Below are positions 11,014 to 21,303 of a stretch of 39,531 nucleotides of DNA, one piece after another. The stretch covers positions 1 to 39,531 of the forward strand of contig JAUCBJ010001716.1 of the NCBI GenBank assembly GCA_032718475.1. Direction: 5' to 3'. The DNA is from Nemertoderma westbladi (Eukaryota; Animalia; Xenacoelomorpha). The notes under the pieces are model-generated. The model had not been told where the DNA came from and did not search any database. It saw only the letters and a program-made list of their open reading frames with translations. The position numbers and the translations under genes are program-made. Within the stretch, counting starts at the first letter, position 1, and each line of letters begins with the position of its first letter.

Positions 11014-11975
11014 TATACAGTATATCCTGATATCTACCTCTACCTCATTAAAGAAAAACAAAAAAAAAATCAGATTTGTACGTTTTGCGGCTCAAGTGAT
11101 CGAAATAGATACCGGTATCAATGCCTGTCATGTGCGCGCTGCCCAACTATGAGGGAGTTGGCTGCAATATGAACTCACATCTCAGTTCAATAAATCTTAA
11201 TTCAGCGTAACTCTTAAAAAGGTGTTGCATACCGGTACCTGTATTTTATTTATATTAAATTATATTGTGCCAATGTGCCCTCTGTATAGGGTACTATACT
11301 GCTTTATATATACTGAATACTGATATACTTTGTAAACATTTTTATCCGCTTTTACTTTTTAAGTGATTAAAACCAAATTATCCCGTGTGCCGTGTGGAGT
11401 TATAAAAAAAACCGGCACACTATCAGACTATAAAATATGTATATATTGTACTGCAGTCAAGGAATTTTTTCTATTATAAGTCAGTGAAAATTGAAACTAA
11501 AATAGAGTAGCAACCCTGAATATTCTTGTTGTATGAGCCCATTTGTTTGTCTGTTTGTGGTGCTTAACGGCATTTAAGTGATTGTAATAATAATATTCTG
11601 ATAATCAAAGTAATAATAAGTGATAATCAGATAATTAAAAAAAATAGTTTGATTAAACTACGGCTGTACGGTAACTGACTAAGATATAACAACTTTACAA
11701 GTTCCAAACTCCTAAGCCGCCTTATGTGTGGGCCTGTTATAAAATAATATATTTTTCTTCATTACCGGTACTTATGTAGCGTACCGGTAGCCTATAACCG
11801 GGTCTATAATGAACTGTATCAGATTTAAATACAATTTAAAGAGTTTTATTAAGAATTTAAATGGAATTAAATTGAAACATTTTTGCTACGACTTACACTC
11901 TGATTGGCCTCATCTTTATGTCTCTCTCTATATATAGGCCTATGATTTCACAGGTATTTCCATAAAGTTGCAACT

Positions 11976-13616
11976 ATGGCAACGTCTCACAATGGTGTTC
12001 TCAATTTTAATATTGGAGTTTTGGGTCACGTAGATAGCGGGAAAACCTCGTTGGCTCGGTCGTTAAGCACGGTTGCTTCGACGGCTTGTTTCGATAAAAA
12101 CCCCCAAAGTCAGGCGCGAGGTATCACCCTGGACCTGGGATTCTCGTCCTTTACCCTTCCCATTCCGCCCCACTTGGATTCCACTGACTACCATTCCCTC
12201 CAGTTAACGTTAGTAGATTGCCCGGGCCACGCCACTCTCATCAAAACAATAATAGGTGGCGCTCAGATTATCGATCTTATGCTGCTTGTTGTTGACGTTG
12301 TCAAGGGAATGCAGACGCAAACAGCGGAATGCTTAATCATCGGTGAAATTACTTGTAAGAAAATGGTTGTAGTTTTAAATAAAATTGATTTACTTCCGGG
12401 AAATAAACGCAACTTGGTAGTAGAAAAGATGACAAAGAGAATTCTTAAAACATTGGAGACAACGACTTTCCGAGATTGCAAGGTGGTTCCTATAGCAGCT
12501 AGCCCTGCGGACAATGATCCCGCCTTGGGTATTGATGATTTAATCGAAACACTAAAGGGCGAAGTCTACCTGCCGCGTAGAAGTGGTGATGGCGACTTTA
12601 TATTCTCGATAGACCATTGTTTCGCTATTAAGGGTCAGGGCACTATCATGACAGGAACTGTAACCAGCGGATCTGTTAAACTACACGATGTCGTTGAAAT
12701 TCCCGCCATGAAAGAATCTCGGAAGGTGAAATCGATGCAGATGTTTAAGGAGCCGGTTAGTTCGGCTGTCCAGGGAGACCGACTGGGTCTCTGTGTTACT
12801 CATTTCGATCCTAAACTAATAGAACGGGGTTACCTCGCATCCCCTGGGGCTGTGCTAACGTTGTATGCCGCCGTTATTAAACTTAATCCTATTCGCTTCT
12901 TCAAAGGTTCTATTAACAACAGGTCGAAGTATCACATGACCGTAGGCCACGAAACAGTGATGGGTAAACTACAACTGTTCTCATCCTCCTTAGAAGATTA
13001 TCAGTTTGATTTGGCTAAAACTTATTCGTTTCAAGATGAATTCATTCGCAACGATGAAAGTGAAATTAATAAGGTGGATTTTGTTTTGATTTATTTTGAT
13101 AAAGCCATCATTTGCCCTAAGGATTCTATTGTCATCGGTTCTAAACTCGATACCGATATCCATAGCAACACATGTAGATTGGCCTTCTACGGGACGATAA
13201 TTCAGCCAATCACCGATAAGAACTACAAGGAGACGTTCCTTCCTCTGCTGAAGATTTACAAAGTTAAGAACCGCCAAGGAACGGTGGAACGAATTCACGA
13301 CGAATCAACGTTAATAGGGAAGAATTTATTTAAGAAAGAAACGAATATTCAGAACTTTATCGGATTTAAGGTAACTCTGTCCAGTGGGGACTCCGGTTAT
13401 ATTGAGTCGGGTTTCGGGCAGTCGGGCAAATATAAACTTCGTATTCCCGCTGGGATATCCGAGGCTATTAGAAATGAGTTTATTAACGTCAGCGGGAAAC
13501 GCAAGGCTAAGAAAGAACTGGAAGATGGAACGGCGTCGCAGGAACGGAAGCCTGTAGTCGTTTCGTTAACCTTTAAACGCTTTTTGTTCGATCCTGAGAA
13601 GAAAATGATTCAATAA
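11976..13616 (+). CDS. EEFSEC: Selenocysteine-specific translation elongation factor (eEFSec/SelB), single-exon CDS
   Basis: NFNIGVLGHVDSGKTSLAR, ACFDKNPQSQARGITLDLGFS, DCPGHATLIKTIIGGAQIID, NKID, DHCFAIKGQGT, SKLDTDIHSNTCRLAF and the eukaryotic C-terminal domain (GFGQSGK; FKRFLFD). 546 aa, uninterrupted. Confidence 0.97.
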   Translation: MATSHNGVLNFNIGVLGHVDSGKTSLARSLSTVASTACFDKNPQSQARGITLDLGFSSFTLPIPPHLDSTDYHSLQLTLVDCPGHATLIKTIIGGAQIIDLMLLVVDVVKGMQTQTAECLIIGEITCKKMVVVLNKIDLLPGNKRNLVVEKMTKRILKTLETTTFRDCKVVPIAASPADNDPALGIDDLIETLKGEVYLPRRSGDGDFIFSIDHCFAIKGQGTIMTGTVTSGSVKLHDVVEIPAMKESRKVKSMQMFKEPVSSAVQGDRLGLCVTHFDPKLIERGYLASPGAVLTLYAAVIKLNPIRFFKGSINNRSKYHMTVGHETVMGKLQLFSSSLEDYQFDLAKTYSFQDEFIRNDESEINKVDFVLIYFDKAIICPKDSIVIGSKLDTDIHSNTCRLAFYGTIIQPITDKNYKETFLPLLKIYKVKNRQGTVERIHDESTLIGKNLFKKETNIQNFIGFKVTLSSGDSGYIESGFGQSGKYKLRIPAGISEAIRNEFINVSGKRKAKKELEDGTASQERKPVVVSLTFKRFLFDPEKKMIQ

Positions 13617-13955
13617 ACATTTGACAACTGATTACTTTGGGTGCAAAATCGAACAGGTTATTGTGAGTTCATTCATATTAGTTTCTTTAAATAGTTTTAC
13701 AGTACAGTTCGTTAATTACTAGTGTTAACCTTACCGCTAATTATAAATACAGAATTGTTTTTTTTATAGCGGGTTAACTGGAGTTTTGAGAATAGGCCGA
13801 AATCACAATGTTCCAAAATTCTTAGATGAATTGCACTAAATTTGGGGTGGGCGTTATGCAGTAATTTGGCGCGGTTCAAAGTAAACGTTGGGGCATCTGC
13901 TGTGGTATGGTAAGGAATTAACGTACTGGTAATACCCGTCTACAAAGTGTAGGAT

Positions 13956-14831
13956 CGTACCACTAATACGTACCACTAACACGTACCACTAACACGTACC
14001 ACTAACACGTACCACTAATACGTACCACTAACACGTACCACTAACTAACACGTACCACTAACACGTACCACTAACACGTACCACTAATACGTACCACTAA
14101 CACGTACCACCAACACGTACCACTAACACGTACCACTAATACGTACCACTAATACGTACCACTAACACCTACCACTAACACGTACCACTAACACGTACCA
14201 CTAACACGTACCACTAACACGTACCACTAATACGTACCACTAACACGTACCACCAACACGTACCACTAACACGTACCACTAACACGTACCACCAACACGT
14301 ACCACTAACACGTACCACTAACACGTACCACTAACACGTACCACCAACACGTACCACTAACACGTACCACTAACACGTACCACTAATACGTACCACTACC
14401 ACGTACCACTAACACGTACCACTAACACGTACCACTAACACGTACCACTAATACGTACCACTAACACGTACCACCAACACGTACCACTAACACGTACCAC
14501 CAACACGTACCACTAACACGTACCACTAACACGTGCCACCAACAAGTACCACTAACACGTACCACTAACACGTACCACTATCACGTACCACTAACACGTA
14601 CCACTAACACGTACCACTAACACGTACCACTAACACGTACCACTAACACGTACCACTAACACGTACCACTAACACGTACCACTAACACGTACCACTAACA
14701 CGTACCACTAACACGTACCACTAACACGTACCACTAACACGTAGCACTAACACGTACCACTAACACGTACCACTATCACGTACCACCAACACGTACCACT
14801 AACACGTACCACTAACACGTACCACCAACAC
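13956..14831. repeat. 13-bp minisatellite (CGTACCACTAACA)n, about 67 copies
   Basis: Head-to-tail tandem array with recurrent single-base variants (…TAATA, …CCAACA) and no spacers. Confidence 0.97.
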
Positions 14832-15233
14832 TCGTCTGTTAAAATGTTTATGAAATTGAAGTGCCGCTAAAGTTATAATTGGAGAGAACGCGTAAGGCCG
14901 CGTTCACATTAAACTGGAAAAATTGGATATAAATAATAGTTGCGAGTAACAAATTAATTAAATATTTTAGGCTACATTATTATTCTACCTGTACGGTTGG
15001 ACCAAGGTGTATTAAATAACAGGTCATGCAGCGAGAATTGGCCTCCAATTTATTGGAGGCTGAACAGTTTCATTAAATTTGGAAGGTCAACCAAACACTT
15101 TGAAGCACGCAACATTACTAAAATTACCCCTATGGGGGTTTTCGAAGTCGGTGCTTCCATTTCCAATACCAGTTTCCATTTTTGACGGTATTTAGAATGT
15201 CTGTTTGTCTGTTGGACCCTTTATATATATACA

Positions 15234-15592
15234 TAGTAGTTATTATATGGGATCAGGCTTTTCGGCATTTATGGGACCGGGATCCATTCTCGGGTTCCAC
15301 ATTAATTGAAATGTGATATAAAGTTGCACTGCTAAAATATTAGTTAGATAAAAGTCTAATAAAAATAATTTGTAATTGACTACTGGTACTAGATTGTTTG
15401 GTTAATTGACATATTAATTCGATATAATCGATGCCGGCGTACATTTTTGATCTGATTCAACTAGGCCTATTCATTGGATATTTTCAAACATATTTACTTC
15501 ACTATTTAAACTTTGGTATCACTTTCCAAAAAAGTCGTGTTCGGGAGCGGGATTACATTTTTTGCCGGGATCGGGATCCCTTTTGAACACTA
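15234..15592. mobile_element. Degenerate hAT-like MITE related to the 26974-27376 element
   Basis: GGGATC/CGGGA subterminal motifs at both ends. The right end GGGATCGGGATCCCTTTTGAACACTA resembles the end at 27376. The left TIR is eroded and no clean TSD is visible. Confidence 0.5.
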
Positions 15593-15686
15593 AGTATATA
15601 ATAGGTAATAAAATTAATTATTAAGTAATTTAGACATGTCTTATGATGATCCAACTCTGTAGCAAATGGAGCGGAAAAAATGAATT

Positions 15687-15758
15687 CGCCACCAGCGGGT
15701 ATCGAACCCGCGTCTACCGATAAACGTTCAGCTATGCTGACCCCTACACAACGGAGGC
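15687..15758 (-). ncRNA. tRNA-like cloverleaf (tRNA pseudogene or tRNA-derived SINE head; nominal GTT anticodon)
   Basis: Minus strand reads GCCTCCG TT GTGT AGGGGTCA GCAT A GCTGA ACGTTTA TCGGT AGAC GCGGG TTCGATA CCCGC TGGTGGC G. Acceptor stem pairs 6/7, T-arm is perfect with a B box, and a T6 Pol III terminator follows 6 nt downstream. The anticodon loop lacks U33 and purine 37, so it is probably not a decoding tRNA. Confidence 0.6.
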
Positions 15759-15995
15759 TCCTGCCTTATTCTGGTTGGATCATCCTAAGTCCTGTTTAAT
15801 TTACTTAATAAATATACAATCTATGGATGTTAAGACATATAAACAATATTATTATTTATTATTAAGGTATTATTACGCTATATTATAAGATTGTATTTGT
15901 AATTTTTCATTTGTGTAAAAAAATACATATTACATTTTGGTAATTTTGTTGAACGTGGGATTGTAGGTAATCGTCAATCAATTAATTATCATATA

Positions 15996-16739
15996 CTATT
16001 AGTATCGGCATGCTGCATTGCAGCTGCATTTTTAAGAATGCTGTGCCGGCTTGTCGACAAAATTGCGCCGCCACAACTCCCTATCACCCATGACATTTGC
16101 TAGATCATCCGCATCTTCAAGGCCAGTGTCCTTTAAGATGCGTCTCAAGAAAGTCATGGGCTGTCCTGTCCACCATGCTTATTCACTCCATGAGGCTGCC
16201 AAAGTACAAGATTATGCACTGGCTGGTCCTCACGGCGAAAGCAATGTCCTGCAAAGCGGAGGCGATTTTGTTCTAGTGTCAAGCTTGGGGGAACCAATGG
16301 ACACCTCCAATGTTATATAGTGTCTGGTTGGAGATGTGTGCATTGTACTTGACACAATGAACCCGGCGTAGCATTCTTGTGAATGTGCCATCCAGAGATT
16401 TGGTGTCCTCAGCAGTTAGAGCCCAGCATGGACTCCCATAGAGGAGTACTGGAACTACTGTTGCTCTAAATAATCGGACCTTAAGTTTCCGATTAATTCT
16501 TGGTGACTTCCAAATCCTGGAAAGCCTATTCAAGGCTACCCATGCCTTTCCCTTACGTATTCGAAGGTCCTCACCTGACTTCCGGATCCATGATCCCAGG
16601 TAACAGAAGTCATCCACATGCTCAAGCATACCATCCTTTGAGCTTATGCTCATCCGATCAGAGACTTGCTGAGAACTTTCAAAGTTAACTGTCAAAATTT
16701 TGGTCTTTCTGGAGTTATCATGAAACTGGAGTCTTTCTG
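15996..16739 (-). mobile_element. 5'-truncated, frameshifted RTE-clade LINE copy
   Basis: Minus strand encodes the RT C-terminus (VDDFCYLGS...LSRIWKS...KLKVRLFRATVVPVLLYGS..W...RMLRR), then after frameshifts AGHCFRR and DRELWRR. 12-bp TSD AATTATCATATA at 15984-15995 and 16740-16751. Confidence 0.88.
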
Positions 16740-17097
16740 AATTATCATATAGTTACCGTAGGGTGAGGGCACCCACCCTCATACCGATTATTGCTTACAG
16801 CCTGGTTGACTGCTGTACTGGATTACTGCATCACAGACCCAAATAAATGTTGACACTACTTTTTGTCAAATTTGATGATTAAAATATAATATATAATCTT
16901 TACAGTATCTATCTATTTGGGTACCGGTATATAGGATCCTTTTATATAGCTCGCCTATGAAATTGTTCCCCATTGTATTTCGGCATCTATTCTGAGATAT
17001 CCAGCTTCTGTACTTATTACAAGTTATGTTCTGATTTCTGAGGTTGGTGATCATCTATATTTTTGGTATACAACATGATATTTAATTTACCTCGTGT

Positions 17098-17304
17098 GGG
17101 TGTGTGATCATTGGTGCGGGTGGGACAGCGCGGGTGTGTGATCATTGGTGCGGGTGGGACAGCGCGGGTGTGTGATCATTGGTGCGGGTGGGACAGCGCG
17201 GGTGTGTGATCATTGGTGCGGGTGGGACAGCGCGGGTGTGTGATCATTGGTGCGGGTGGGACAGCGCGGGTGTGTGATCATTGGTGCGGGTGGGACAGCG
17301 CGGG
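17098..17304. repeat. 34-bp GC-rich minisatellite, 6 identical copies
   Basis: Unit GTGTGTGATCATTGGTGCGGGTGGGACAGCGCGG repeated in perfect tandem. Confidence 0.96.
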
Positions 17305-17624
17305 AAGCTTAATTTTGGGTGGGCAATCAATCTGCGACTGCGCGCCCTAATAATAATCTGTTCTAAAATGGCTGATATATTTATCTGATTTTTTTTATAC
17401 TTTATAATCTTATGTGAACAAACATTAGGCCCCTATATCTTTTATAGTGTGGAGAGTCAAGACAATAAATCAGCAAGTCTCAAACGACTTGCTTGTTCTT
17501 ATATTATAATTAATTATTTAGCTCCTTTGTTTATTATGTTCTATAATATGTAATTGAAAATAGACTAATAAACTTTAAACGGTTGCTATTGTTGTTAAAT
17601 GCAGACAATTTGGCGACATATAAG

Positions 17625-17787
17625 GTAGGTTTTTATATATTTTTGATTCGCATTTCATTATATGGTATATTATTTACTATGCGATGTACGGGTACCGGTA
17701 CACTACACCTACACTACACACACAGTTAGTTATCTTTCTAAATTGTATATTTATAATATTTTATTAATTAGCCTTTAGTTTTTGCAG
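17625..17787 (+). other. Probable 5' UTR intron of FHIT
   Basis: Donor AAG|GTAGGT at 17625, AT-rich body, acceptor TTTTTGCAG ending at 17787, 40 nt upstream of the ATG. An alternative acceptor TTTACAG ends at 17822. Confidence 0.5.
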
Positions 17788-17827
17788 ATTTCTCTCCATA
17801 TATAGCGGTAATATATTTACAGAAGCG

Positions 17828-18268
17828 ATGTCTACATTATATTTTGGTCCGCACATTATAATTTCCCCCCGTATCGTATTCTACCGAACTGCTTTATCAT
17901 TTGCCTTTGTGAACCGGAAACAAGTGGTTCCCGGACATGTCCTGGTATCGCCTATCCGTCGAGCCCAAAGGTTCAACGAACTCACTCCGGACGAGGTCAG
18001 TGACCTTTTCCTAGTCGCGCAAAGGGTATCTTCCATCATGATGACTCACCACTCGGCGAGGTCAATGACCTTAGCCATACAGGACGGGCCAGACTCGGGA
18101 CAAACTATACCCCATGTCCATATACACGTGTTGCCAAGGAAACCCGGGGACTTTAATAGCAACGACGATGTATACAAACATTTGGAATCTCACGATAAGA
18201 AAGTTGTTGAGTGGAGGATTGAAAGTGATATGATTCATGAAGCAGAAACATTAAAAGAGTATTTTTGA
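17828..18268 (+). CDS. FHIT: Bis(5'-adenosyl)-triphosphatase (fragile histidine triad protein), single-exon CDS
   Basis: FG.H.I, SFAFVNRKQVVPGHVLVSP, AIQDGPDSGQT and the HIT motif HVHIHVLPRKPGDF. 146 aa, full length for a stand-alone Fhit. Confidence 0.96.
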   Translation: MSTLYFGPHIIISPRIVFYRTALSFAFVNRKQVVPGHVLVSPIRRAQRFNELTPDEVSDLFLVAQRVSSIMMTHHSARSMTLAIQDGPDSGQTIPHVHIHVLPRKPGDFNSNDDVYKHLESHDKKVVEWRIESDMIHEAETLKEYF

Positions 18269-18739
18269 ATTATTTGATTCATTACTTACCTTGTTAATTT
18301 GGATTTATACGTGTCGATTGTTTTTAACTATGTTGTTAAAATTCAAGTACTTGTGGAGTATTTGAATTGAAGGTAACTTAGGATAACTTGATTAGTCAAT
18401 TTTTAAGGACAATATTTAAAACATTTTATAAATACATCTTTGTAGTTGTATGTAGAGGGTTTTGCAGCTTGCGTTCTGGAAAACTAGTTGTAGTTTTCAC
18501 AAGTCCCAATTAACTAATTAGTTTTTTAAACATCAGTTTATTCTTTAATTTAGTTACAGTGCCAAATTTAACGTTTGTTTGTTTAATTACAATTATGACG
18601 ACATCCCAACTCAAGTTTACCCAGGTAATGAATTCCACTGTTTAATCTTGAAGCATCCAGATAGATATTTATTTTTAATAATTTGTTATAGAGTGAGATC
18701 TTTGTGCTGCATTTCAAAAGTTTGTTGTGTTTTTTGTAA

Positions 18740-19774
18740 ATGTCCCACAAGGAGAAACGCGCCCTCAAAAGGAAGCACAGACAAGATGAACTGATAAAGC
18801 AACTGGAAAGACAAGGTAATGATTCCATGGAGCCGATTCCCAGTCCTCCCGCCAGGGGGCGCACATACACGGTTAGCATCGCCCTGCCGGGGTCCATCCT
18901 GGACAACGCCCAGTCTATCGAGCTGCGGTCCTACCTGGCGGGACAGATCGGCCGAGCCGCGGCGATAATGAACGTCGACGAGGTGGTTGTCTACGACGAA
19001 TCGGCGTCCGGTACCGGCGGAATATCCGGCGAGTTTACCGGGATCGGTCGTCACGGAAACGGGAACGTGCAACTGGCCCGGATCCTCCAGTACATGGAGT
19101 GTCCGCAGTACTTGAGGAAACTTCTGTTTCCGGTGCATCGCGACCTGCAGTACGCGGGTCTACTCAACCCGCTGGATACCCCGCACCACTCGCGAGCCGA
19201 TGAACCGAGCGCTTACCGAGAGGGTCTCGTTGTCAATAAGGCCGCAAAGGCCGGTAGAAGTTTAGTCAACTGCGGTATGGGAGTCGATGTGGAGGTGGAT
19301 AAACCGTTAGCTCCCGGTACGCGGGTCACAGTTCGTATGAAGAACCCCGGAGTTCACCAAGGTGCTAAGGTCCGCGGTGTTGTTGTGGGTTCTAGCACCC
19401 CCCGGCGGGAGGACGGTATATACTGGGGCTATTCTGTGCGTCTCGCAAGCAGTCTAAGTGACGTCATATCCGGTTGTTTGTATAAAGAACCCTATGACGT
19501 AACTCTAGGTACATCAGATAAAGGTGAAAGTTTGGAGGACTTAGAATTATCTCCCTTTAAACATTTACTAATTGTTTTCGGTGGTATTAAAGGAATTGAG
19601 GCGGCGTTAGCAGCTGATGGAAGTCTAGAAACTGGCGAACCGCGCGATATATTCGACCGGTATTTGAACACGTGTCCCGATCAAGGTTCCAGGACTATTC
19701 GTACCGAGGAAGCTATATTGGTAACACTTGCTGCTCTCAGACCTAAAATACTGGCTGCTAATAATACTGGCTGA
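18740..19774 (+). CDS. SPOUT1: SPOUT domain-containing methyltransferase 1 (C9orf114/CENP-32 homolog), single-exon CDS
   Basis: GRTYTVSIALPGSILDNAQSIELRSYLAGQIGRAAAIMNVDEVVVYDE, LQYMECPQYLRK.LFP.H.DLQYAGLLNPLD.PHH, GIYWGYSVR, and YLNTCPDQGSRTIRTEEAIL. Confidence 0.96.
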   Translation: MSHKEKRALKRKHRQDELIKQLERQGNDSMEPIPSPPARGRTYTVSIALPGSILDNAQSIELRSYLAGQIGRAAAIMNVDEVVVYDESASGTGGISGEFTGIGRHGNGNVQLARILQYMECPQYLRKLLFPVHRDLQYAGLLNPLDTPHHSRADEPSAYREGLVVNKAAKAGRSLVNCGMGVDVEVDKPLAPGTRVTVRMKNPGVHQGAKVRGVVVGSSTPRREDGIYWGYSVRLASSLSDVISGCLYKEPYDVTLGTSDKGESLEDLELSPFKHLLIVFGGIKGIEAALAADGSLETGEPRDIFDRYLNTCPDQGSRTIRTEEAILVTLAALRPKILAANNTG

Positions 19775-21023
19775 TTTTTTTGTGCAGTTTTAGTAATGAT
19801 AGGGCGATGATAGTGGTTGAACGCTGTGGTTATAATAAATGCTTGTGAGTTTAATATCATTTCTATGCGGTTTGCCTTTAGGGTATCCAGGTGCTAGGTA
19901 GCATAGCAACTGTTGTTAGGTTTTTGGTGACGCTTATATCGAACCATGACAACTCTACCCCGAATACTCGAAGTTCATATTTGATCGAAAGCACCAGTTT
20001 TTGATTCAATTAATTTAATTCCATTGCCTTTGGGTAGCTTTAAGTTAGTCGCTAATCCCCTGTGGAAGTTTTTTTTTCAGTGATTCAAAATATCCCTTTC
20101 AATGAAACATACTACTCGATGGTAAGTTTGCTGTTTAATTAAACACCTAAGTTTCTGTGGTTGGAGGTTCTGTGGCACACTTATTGAGTGATTTATACAA
20201 TAATAAATCCTCGATAATCAATGAATCACTTTATACAACTTGCGAACAGAGAGTCGGTGAGATAACCTGGTTTCAAGAATTGAAGTTTCGGACGAAATTC
20301 CGGAATCGAATTATAATTTTAAAGGTAAGTTTGAACAAGTTTTAGCAAACCCCTCAACTCAATCTGCACAACTGTGTTTCATACCAACAGACGGATTAAT
20401 ACCAGGAACATCGCTAAGTTTGAATTAAATCCGTGCCGTAATCCGTCACAAGTTTAAGTCATTTAATAAGCAAAGGAAATTATCGTCATCGTCTTAAAAT
20501 ATCCGTTGAAACTTATTTAATCGCCAGAAGTAACATCAGACGTTAACTGTTTTTTTTTCAAATTGATCTTATATAACGGCGTAAAATACTTTGGGTTCCA
20601 TAGCAACTAAACTCCCACTGTATTCGTTTCAAGTACTATATTTTTTGTGGCGAAATATTAAACTTCTCTGACAGAGCACACAGTGTGAAAAATAATTTCG
20701 TCCTTTTTGATCAATAACAATATTTATTACCAAATATTAATACGGATTAGTTAATAAATAATGGAGGTATTGTTGCTACAGAACGTACTGATCCCGACAG
20801 ATTTACCAGAAATTTTGTTGGTTGCAGTAGATCTAATTTAATTACCAACTTAATGCCTGACTTTGAGAACGGAGGAGAATTTCCAAAAAGGATTACATTT
20901 TTTTTGTTCAATCAGAAGTTAAACGAATTGTTTAAATAGATAAAGCAATATTATTTAAGTTGACAGCCTAATTTCACGCCGCCTGTTAGTTACTCAGTCG
21001 ACGATCCTGTCGTTTGGATACCA

Positions 21024-21303
21024 GCTACCCCGGGGAAGGGGTTACTCCTCTCGCCTCTGGCTTGGAGATCCCGTGTTCGATCCGGGGTCAAGTCAGTTGC
21101 AATTTCGTAAATTGTGCACCCCTCCAGCTATATGTAGCTAACCTGGCTTCTGCTAGAGGGGCCAGTTAATAGGTCTCGAGTGTTAAACCTTGGGTGAGAG
21201 AGTGGCATCATCTGGGTCTTACAAATGACAGCCAATGGAGAGTTAACTGTTGGGTTGCCTCTGGTGTCCCACTTTCACCAATAACTTTTCTTTATGCCTT
21301 TTA
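21024..21303 (+). mobile_element. tRNA-derived SINE
   Basis: 5' tRNA-like head with degenerate A box and B box GTGTTCGATCC (~21073-21083), GC-richer central body, and a 3' pyrimidine-rich CTTT/TTTAT tail. No TSD seen. Confidence 0.55.

Noticed and set aside
10408-11172. Short ORFs 10408-10593 and 10900-11172
   Set aside because: They lie in MITE terminal repeats and translate the repeat motifs.
13617-13955. SECIS element or selenoprotein gene linked to EEFSEC
   Set aside because: By eye I found no convincing ATGA...AA...GA kink-turn hairpin and no recognisable UGA-containing ORF. A SECISearch run would be needed to exclude one formally.
13956-14831. CRISPR array
   Set aside because: Units are contiguous 13-mers with no unique spacers, there are no cas genes, and the context is eukaryotic.
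15687-15758. tRNA-Sec or a functional tRNA-Asn next to EEFSEC
   Set aside because: No TCA anticodon and no long variable arm. The anticodon loop lacks U33 and purine 37, and the body does not resemble canonical eukaryotic tRNA-Asn.
11508-20778. RFX X-box half-sites (TAGCAAC/GTTGCTA) upstream of EEFSEC, FHIT and TOX as a shared promoter motif
   Set aside because: Several such 7-mers are expected by chance in 39.5 kb. Only GGTTCCATAGCAAC near 20594 approaches a full site, which is too little to claim co-regulation.
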